A stretch of DNA of 64,000 nucleotides from the human T2T-CHM13v2.0 reference genome, Homo sapiens. The position numbers were made by a program, and so were the translations under genes. The notes beneath the pieces are model-generated. The model saw only the letters and a list, made by a program, of their open reading frames with translations. It had not been told where the DNA came from and made no database searches. Positions within the stretch are counted from its first letter, which is position 1. Each line of letters begins with the position of its first letter. The stretch is from assembly GCF_009914755.1 (NCBI RefSeq), contig NC_060926.1. One strand, written 5' to 3'. Below are positions 50,264 through 64,000 of the stretch, in pieces.

Positions 50264-51460
50264 TTTGTATTTTTTGTAGAGAAGGGGTTTCGCCATGTTG
50301 CTCAAGCTGGTCTCAAACTCCAGGGCTCAAGTGATCCTTCCGCCTTGACCTCCCAAGGTGCTGGGACTATAGGCATGAACCACCGCACCTGGTCCTCCTC
50401 CATGTGTTTGTAGCTTGATAGCCCATTTCTTTTGTCACAGAATAATACTCTACTTATGGACATACCACAGTTTGTTTATTCATTCCCCTGTTGCAGGACA
50501 TCTTGGTTACTTCCAGTTTTTGGAAGTTATGAATAAAGCTGCTAAAAACATCTGTGTGCAGATTTTGCATACACATAAGTTTTCAACTCATTTAGGTAAA
50601 TGCTGAAGAGTATAATTGCTGTATCATACGGTAAGCTTATGTTTAGCTTTGTCAGTGCAAAATTGTCTACCAAAATGGCTATACCATTTTGCATTCCCAC
50701 CAACAATGAATGAGAGTTCCTGTTGCTCTTCATGGTTTCCAATACTGGATTATACTATTCTTTTATATTTTAGCCATTTTAATAGGTGTTTGTAGTATCT
50801 TATTGTTTTAATTTGCAATTCCCTAATGACAAAAGATGTTCACCATCTTTTCATATGGCTATATACCATTTGTATCTTCTTTGGTGAAGTGTCTATTTAG
50901 ATCTTTTGCTCATTTTTAAAAATTGAATTGTTTTCTTATTAAGTTTTAAGACATCTTTGACTGTTTTGAGATGTAATTCCTTTATCAGGTATCTGGGTTT
51001 TTTTTGTCGTCGTCGTTGTTGTTGTTGTTTTGAGACAGGGTTTTACTCTGTTGCCCAGGTGCAGTGAGTTCTGTTGCCTGAGGTGCGGTGGCATGATCAC
51101 AGCTCACTGCAGCCTCAAGTTATCCTCCTTCTTCAGTTCCCCCCACCCCAAGTAAGTGGGACCGCAGGTACATGCCACCATGCTTGGCTGATTTTTTTTA
51201 ATTTTTTGTAGAGATGAGGTCTCACTATATTGCCCAGGCTGGTCTCTAACTCCTGGGCTCAAGCGATCCTCCCACCTCACCCTCCCAAAATATTGGGATT
51301 ACAGGCATGAGCCACTGTGTCTGGCAGGTATCTGGTCTGCAAATATTTTTTGATAGTCTGCGACTTGCCTTTTTATTCTTTTAATAGTATTTTGTAAAAC
51401 AGAAGCTTTTAATTTTAATGAAGTTTGACTTAACTTTTTTCTTTCATGGATTATGCTTTT
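49380..51460 (-). mobile_element. Old L1M (MC/MD-like) 3' end with nested snoRNA retrocopy and Alus (50060-50393, 50998-51325)
   Basis: L1 3' motifs (gccttttcagactggcttccttcacttagc; ccattttgcattcccaccaacaatgaatgagagttcc). Confidence 0.72.
49794..49927 (-). ncRNA. SNORA1: SNORA1 (ACA1) H/ACA snoRNA retrocopy
   Basis: Minus strand reads GCCTCATTCTAG..GAATGGGTACTGCTGATCATGGTGTCC-AAAAAA-..GTGGCTAAATTGAGAC..TATGCTTCCATCACAGTA..CATATTGCAGTGGTGACAATGAAACCTGTAACATTT, recognised as SNORA1; ACA box 3 nt from the end; poly-A 49766-49778; TSD aaccactgat. Confidence 0.85.
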
Positions 51461-51464
51461 TTAA

Positions 51465-52080
<616 letters not shown>

Positions 52081-52657
52081 CCTCTTTTTCTTTTTCTTTT
52101 TCTTTTGCTCAAATTGTGGGTCTGTTTCTTTTGTGTATTGTTTCTTTTGATTTTCAAACTTGTGTCGCCTTCTCATGTGAGTTGTTATTTTTGAGTAAGT
52201 GTTGGTTATTGTTTTTGAAAAATCATAGAGATACTTTTAGGATAATATTGTCTTTCTTCTCAGTTAATATACATTTGTTTTTGGAAAAGTAGGATCCCTC
52301 TAATACAGTGAATGATTGAGCTGACTTGGACTTAGTCTCTGTGACTACTAATCTATTTTCATTTCACCTTTACTTCTTGAGTGTTGTCTTTTGGGATCTT
52401 AAACCACAGCCTTAGAGACAGTCATTTTCAGGCTCTGAATTCTAGTTTTTGTCCCTTTTCAACATTGTGAGACTGTCAGATGCAATCAGCAGCTTCTCAT
52501 TGTTTCATCTACCTCTGTCAGGACTGGTAGAAGTCATGAGTGCAAAAATGGATCTAAATGCAGGTCTCATCTCTTTCTGTGTTTCCTTGTTCTGTATCTT
52601 GGATCTGTAATTTTTCACTTCCTTATTAATTTTCTCATGCCTTTAAACAGATTTTTA

Positions 52658-53125
<468 letters not shown>

Positions 53126-53909
53126 CCAGAAGAAGTCTGTTAATTCTGTTAATTTTTCTAAAATTAGCATTTACTGGATTTTAAGATATATGTTTTACAA
53201 GATCACAATATCTCATAACAAAATTAATGAACGTTGCTTTTTTATTATGTCAAGGGAAAGATTTTAGGTATAGTAAATATTGTCTTGTTTTACCTCAGTC
53301 TTATAAAAAGGGAATAAAAATGAGGGACCATATTTTAGTTAAACACTAAGCACTTATGAACCCACTGCTTTAAACAAAATATGATACTGTGCCGTCTTAG
53401 AGTAAGTAAAGATGCTGTTAGCCCTTTTTCAAGGACTTTTAATGTAGTTGAGGAAATATGACATCCTTAAAAGGAAACCGTAATTCAAAAAGCAAAGTGA
53501 AAATGATTATAGTGCACATGTTATAATGAAAACAGTATGTACAAAAAAGAAAACTAAGAATCTGCATAGGGACAAAAATCTGTAAGGAAATAATGTAGAT
53601 GTACATAGTTGCTTATTTTTAGATTGCAAGATATTGGTGTTTATTTTTTCTCTTCTGTTTCTACTTTGTGATATTTTCCAATTTTCAATAATAAATAGAT
53701 GCTAATCAGCATATACTTTTTAAACATTATCTGTTTATAGTAGTTAAATGCTGCTTGAGTTATAGTTCACAGTTGGTGGGAAAGCAGTTATATAACCATA
53801 TTGATTTTTATGTTTTAATAAATGTCATTTGCATTTTGTTTGCCAGCATGTGTTCTCATAATTCAAGCTGAATTCATGAACATATGTTTTGTTCACCATT
53901 CTTATGTAA

Positions 53910-54029
<120 letters not shown>

Positions 54030-54053
54030 TAATCTTTTTTGTCACTTTACTGA

Positions 54054-54394
<341 letters not shown>

Positions 54395-54822
54395 TAGTTA
54401 GTATAGTTAAATATTTTCAGACGAGGTAATAATTGAGAAGAGACTTAAACTTATTGTTGGGTAATGCATATTTCAGAAATCTTGTACATATTACCTAAAT
54501 ATAGACAAGTAGTTATTATATATACTGTTATTTAATTTAAAAATTTAAGTGTTTTATAAATGGCTTTTAAAATGATACAATTTGTGATTTTTATGTATTA
54601 TTTATTTATCACATATCCTTCTTACTGAAAACATATTACTTTTTCAAAAGGTGTTTGGCTATTTATTTTAAAGCTATCGTAGGACATATTTAAAATCTTA
54701 GTGGCTGTATCCAGTCCATATGATTAAATGACTCTTAGTCTCAAAGGGAAAGTTTGGCTTGTTTGAATACAAATGACTTATTGTTAGATGATAAGTAAGG
54801 CATGTCTTTAATTTATGTTTAA

Positions 54823-54972
<150 letters not shown>

Positions 54973-55319
54973 TAAATAATAACGTTCATTTAAAACCTGA
55001 ATGTCATAATATATTTGATTCTTCAAAGCAGGTCTTCTCTATGAAAGCAATTGGAAAGAAGTATATAAGACCCACAGATTTAACTCTGAGCTAGAGAAAT
55101 ATGTTGGAGGGAATGAATTAGTGATAAATTCTGCTTCTGAATAATTACATATGCCCTGAACTTGTATTTTGCAATGCAATTTTGAATACTAATAATCTGA
55201 TAAGAAATGTTAAAGGCATAGTAGCATCAAATACAGTATACATATTTTTCAAGAAAAGTTATTTTTTTAAAAAACATACTTTATAATTCGAAAATGCTTT
55301 CTAGCAGTATTTTGTCCAT

Positions 55320-55639
55320 TTTTTTTCTTTTTTCTTTTTTTTTTTTTTGTTTTTTTGTTTTTTTGAGACAGAGTCTTGCTCTGTTGCCAGGCTGGAGTGC
55401 AGTGGCACAGTGGCATGATTTCAGCTCACTGCAACCTTCGCCTCCCAGGTTCGAGCAGTACTCCTGCCTTAGCCTACCGAGTAGCTGGGATTACAGGAGT
55501 GCACCACTGCGCCCGGCTAATTTTTATATTTTTAGTAGAGACGGGATTTCACCATGTTGACCAGGATGGTCTCGATCTCCTGATCTCATGATCTGCCTGC
55601 CTCGGCCTCCCAAAGTTCTGGGAGCCACCGTGCCCGGCC
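55320..55639 (-). mobile_element. Alu (Sc-like)
   Basis: TSD tttgtccattt. Confidence 0.88.
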
Positions 55640-55714
55640 TTTGTCCATTTATTTTTAACTGTAGAGCTTCTGTCATCAGGATCCCATAAGGAAAACATAA
55701 ACGAGACTAAATAT

Positions 55715-55840
55715 TTTTATTTTTAGACACGAGATCTCACTATGTTGCCCAGACTGGTCTTGAATTCCTAGGCTCAAGTAATCCTCCCGCCTTAGCCTCC
55801 CAAATACTGGGATTATAGACATGAACCACTGCACCCAGCC
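55715..55840 (-). mobile_element. Alu monomer (FLAM)
   Basis: Left arm only. Confidence 0.72.
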
Positions 55841-57800
55841 TCCTCACACTTGGTATTTTAAAAGAGAGGATCTAATACAAGGAAATTGATAAATATTAGA
55901 GAATTGACAAAGCAAAGATGGGACACTGACTTTAGGAAACAGCTACTCTCCCTGGGGTTATGGGAACAAAGGGAAGAGAATGGAGTTATCAGAATCTAGA
56001 CTTTTGGAGAAGAGGCCCTACAGCACTGAGGTTCAGACCTCTGAGGAAGGAGCATTGCACAGCTGGTGCTGATATCTCTTGAGCAGTCAAGAGGCTCATT
56101 CTGGGATTGCCAAAAATAAGCTGAAGACAGGAACCAACTGCCATTACTACAATTAAGAATTCTTGCTGGAGTGATGCTGATGAGTATAGAGAAAAAGAGC
56201 AATGTGGAACCAGTTGTTGCTCTCTTTCTTCCACGCTTCATCTGGTACCCTCTATTAGGGAGCCCAAAAGGGAGGCAGCTGGAAAAAGAAAGTTTGCATG
56301 ATGCCTGCCGCAGCATCACAAAGCAGAGAGAATATAGAAGGGTGGGTTGGTAGCTTAGTGACAATAGCTGAATTACCAGTACAGAACTCAAAGAGAAGAA
56401 TTTTAAAGTCACATATCATTCTTACCTGTGGGCACAGATTACAAAGAAGTGTTTCATCACTCTCAATCAGACCTCTTTTTTAAATCTCCTAAATCTCCTC
56501 AAGATTTTCCATTTTCATTTTCAACTTAACATGACCCATTTGTAAATAATTTCTACTTCCTGCAACACGATTGCAGCATTTCATTACTAAATTATTTTTG
56601 TAGGCTTTTCAGGGTTCCCATGGTAGTATAGCCACCATACCATTAGATGATGGTGAAGAATTGATAACTGAGAGAACATTTATATATACTATGTGGTAAC
56701 ACCTTTTGTATGTTCTATATAGTGATGTAATATTTTATTGAAATCAGAATACATCCTGGGAGATGGAGATTGGAAAAATGTTGGTTAAAGATACAAAATT
56801 TCAGTTAGACAGGAGGAATAAATTATGCTTCAGTAACAAACAAGGGGCTTAGAATAACAAAAGATTTATTACTTTTTCATGTTGTCTGTCTTTTGTGAAT
56901 AGGCAGAGAGCCTCTACTCATCAGAGCTACTAAAGATCCCAGGCTAACAGAGCAGCCAGCATTTTAGCCTTTGCTGGTCACCATGTGTGAGAGAAAAAGT
57001 TTTGAAAGGTGTCAAATTGGCAATTTAATGTTCTTGTCTTGTCTGGTCATGCTACATGACACATGTCATTTTCATTCTGAACTCATTGTCCAGAACTGTG
57101 ATTACATGTCCCCATCTACTACAGTGGGGCCAAGTTAAAATCTACCATGTGACTAGAACGGGTAGAAATAGTTGTCAGTTAGTGCCGTGACTACCTTTTA
57201 TCTCTGCTTATGCCCTGCTTATGAGTCTTTAAAGATACAAAGAGGGAGCCGGATGTGATGGCTCATGCCTGTTGTCCCAGCTACTGGGGATGCCGAGGTG
57301 GGAGGACTGATTGAGCCCAATAGTTCAAGGCTTCAGTTAGCTATAGAGACCTGTCTTTTTTTAAAAAAAGTACAAAGAGACACTTAACAGTGCTTCATCT
57401 GTAGCCTTTATACTCATTAGCACTTTGGTTCTAACTAATCAGTGTTCCCCCTGTTTTGACATGTATGCCAGAGATTTCTCTAAGGAAAGTATATCTCCTC
57501 CTCTTCCTCCTACTCTTGCTACTTCTCTATCCTCCGCCTTAGACTTGTCAGCAATGGCAAATCTAAGAGAACATTTTAAGTTTTGAAACAATGACATAAT
57601 TTTTCTTTATAGACAGCAAGACAGATACAGAAAGAGGAACATAAAATCAGTCTGAAAATGGCAGAAGAGAGGCTTTTAAAGGAATCTTTAATAATAAGAG
57701 CAAAATGAATTTAAAGATGGGGAGAGAAGATTTATAAAAAGGCAGCTCTGATAACAAATTAAATAAAATTGGTAGCTAAAAACAGTTTTTGAAAGTCAAA

Positions 57801-60060
<2,260 letters not shown>

Positions 60061-60702
60061 AAAAAGAAGAAAATTTTATATACTATTAATATAATATAGG
60101 AAGATAATTCTGCATATGTAAGATGGCAACAGAAAGGGGGGCAAAGTAGAGGATGAGTAGCAGCATTTAATGAATGTATGCATATATTTGCCAGGAATTA
60201 CATTAGAAGCTGTGTATGTGTTATCTCTAATATACACAACAATCTTGCCAGTAATGTAAGAACTGCTTCAAAGACAAATGGTAAAGCAGGGAATTCAGAC
60301 TTGGATTTCTTTGACTTTGACAGGGAGATTAAAAAATAGAATTAGGAGAAATCCATTGCTCATGGAAGACCTATACAAAGGGATCTACAGCAATAATTTA
60401 CACCTTATTTATTAATCTGATTCTGAAATTAAGTGGAAATTTAGAAGATATATATTTTCTTATTCATTGTGTTTAATGCTTACCAAAATAGCGAAAGCAG
60501 GTTAGAATAGATTTAATTAAAATTAACATAATTCCAAATACAGAGCCATGTAAAACTATTTCTTTTCTTATTTGATGACAACAAATAGATGCTTTTTGTA
60601 GATTTGATTAATCTGTTATCAATTTTGATTCTACTTACAGAATCTCAGAAAGTTAGAAAGATTTTCTCAAGTGGAACTAAAATAAGTGTAGGGAAATAAA
60701 TC

Positions 60703-61110
60703 AGCCAGGCATGGTGGCTCACACCTGTAATCCCAGCACTTTGGGAGGCCAAGGCAGGAGAATTGGTTGAGGCCAGGAGTGTAAGACCCCATCTAGAAAA
60801 AAAAAAAATTGGCCAGGTGTGGTGATGTGTGCCTCTAGTTCTGAGTACTTGGGAGGCTGAGGTGAGAGGATCACTGAGCCCAGGAGTTGAAGCCTGCAGT
60901 GAGCTATGATCACACTATTGCATTCCAGCCTGGGTGATGGCAAAACCTGAAAGAAAGAGGAGGGAGGGAGGGAGGGAGGGAGAGAGGAAAGGAGAGGAGA
61001 GGAGAAAGGAGTGGAAAAAGGAAAGGAAAGAGGGAGCGAGGGAAGGAAGGAGAAGAGAAGTGAGAGAAGAAGAAAGGAAGAAAAGAAGAGGAGAAAAGAA
61101 AAAAAGAAAT
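60703..61110 (+). mobile_element. AluJ with expanded GA-rich purine tail (~60950-61110)
   Basis: Alu arms followed by (GGGA/GGAA/AGA)n. Confidence 0.82.
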
Positions 61111-61339
61111 CTTCCTTCAATATGACTTGTTCATTCATTTAAACATTGATTCAAAAATATACTTATTGAGTTTCTACTTTGTGACTAGTGCAAGTTTAGT
61201 AGGATTCCTTGCCTTGCCACAGAGAAAAATAATTTAATTATGTTAAGGTATGCCCTGTGCCTCCTACTTGTCAAACCTGGAACAATATATGCACAAAATA
61301 ATTATAGTAATGAATTATTTAACCATTCAGGAAGAAAAT

Positions 61340-62895
<1,556 letters not shown>

Positions 62896-62901
62896 AAGAA
62901 T

Positions 62902-62963
62902 AATGATTATGTCCTAGGTATGATGTGAGTACAATGATTATGTCCTAGGTATGATGTGAGTAC
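62902..62963. repeat. Perfect 31-bp tandem duplication
   Basis: aatgattatgtcctaggtatgatgtgagtac x2. Confidence 0.9.
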
Positions 62964-62978
62964 AAAAAAGAAGCATGG

Positions 62979-63276
62979 TGGCTGGGGCGCGGTGGCTCAC
63001 GCCTATAATCCCAGCACTTTGGGAGGCCGAGGCGGGTGGATCACAAGGTCAGGAGATTGAGACCATCCTGGCTAACACAGTGAAACCCCGTCTCTACTAA
63101 AAATACAAAAAATTAGCCAGGTGTGGTGGCGGGCGCCTGTAGTCCCAGCTACTCAGGAGGCTGAGGCAGGAGGATGGTGTGAACCCAGGAGGCGGAGCTT
63201 GCAGTGAGCCGAGATTGCGCCACTGCACTCCAGCCTGGGCGACAGAGTGAGACTCTGTCTCAGAAAAAAAAAAAGA
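62979..63276 (+). mobile_element. AluY
   Basis: Y diagnostics; TSD aaaaagaagc.tggt. Confidence 0.9.
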
Positions 63277-63833
63277 AGCCTGGTTAAATCAACCAAAAAC
63301 ATAAACTTAGAAAACTGAGATGCAAATAAGCGTTTTACAGCCCTCTCAGAAACTGGTTGATATGTATTAGCATCTGCTAAATGCTAGATGCTTGGCCCAA
63401 ATATCAAGTAATAATGGAGCAATTAACTATGCTATATTCTACAAATGGTATAAGACTAAAGTTCATTTTTAGCTCTACTAAGTTATTGAAAACATGCAGT
63501 ACAAACTACTTGTGCTTTAATTTTTGTGTTCTAATATATGTAATAGTTCTCACCCCTTTTGTTTATGTTAGCATATTAAATTCTTACCACAAATATATTG
63601 GAAATTATGTTCATATGTTACATCTAATACAGGAACTTTAGAATGAGTCATTGATCACAAATTGTAGAAGTACATTTTTATTATGTTAATCAGGTGAGGA
63701 TGTTTATTGTTTGTAGCATAGGTTGTTTGGATAGGATATAAGCAATCTATTAATACCATAATTTTTAATGAATGCACAAACTGGAAATAATCTCGTGGGA
63801 AAACCTAACTGAAAGCTAAATTAAATTTTATCC

Positions 63834-64000
63834 TTTTTTTTTTTTTTTTTCCATTTAAACCTGAGTTGACACAGCACACGTTTCAGAGAGCACGGGGTTG
63901 GGGGTAAGGTTATAGATTAACAGCATCCCAAGGCACAAGAATTTTTCTTAGTACAGAACAAAATGGTATCTCCTATGTCAACTTCTTTCTACACAGACAC
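63834..64000 (-). mobile_element. SVA (old A/B-like) SINE-R region with poly-A; runs off the window
   Basis: Minus strand gtgtctgtgtagaaagaag..gacataggaga..gggatgctgttaatctataaccttacccccaaccccgtgctctctgaaac (HERV-K LTR5-derived SINE-R) followed by A17. Confidence 0.85.

Noticed and set aside
55672-57195. Possible old MaLR LTR fragments
   Set aside because: Too degenerate to assign or delimit by eye

Overview
Alu-dense primate (almost certainly human, 2q33) genomic DNA containing the CpG-island promoter and first six exons of NBEAL1 on the + strand: non-coding exon 1, then coding exons at 13901-13951, 39276-39367, 47324-47485, 53936-54017 and 54835-54962 that splice in frame to MASRERLFELWMLYCTK...[10 protein letters not shown]. 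The introns hold three retrocopies: an RPL7L1 processed pseudogene (+), a SNORA1 H/ACA snoRNA retrocopy (-) and a ZNF670-like KRAB-ZNF processed pseudogene (-). Also present are a MER11 (HERV-K HML-8) solo LTR nested in an old L1, about 55 Alus, L1/L2/MaLR/MER remnants and the 3' end of an SVA at the right edge. No prokaryote-style system is present. The most unusual signal is a cluster of three 50-72 bp insertions within about 12 kb, each apparently copied from a template 1.1-1.4 kb away. Two of them are inverted, and one of those pairs brackets the in-frame-skippable exon 4. There are also several atypical retrotransposon ends and uORFs in exon 2. Repeat subfamily names come from visual recognition, not from a search, and repeat boundaries are approximate.
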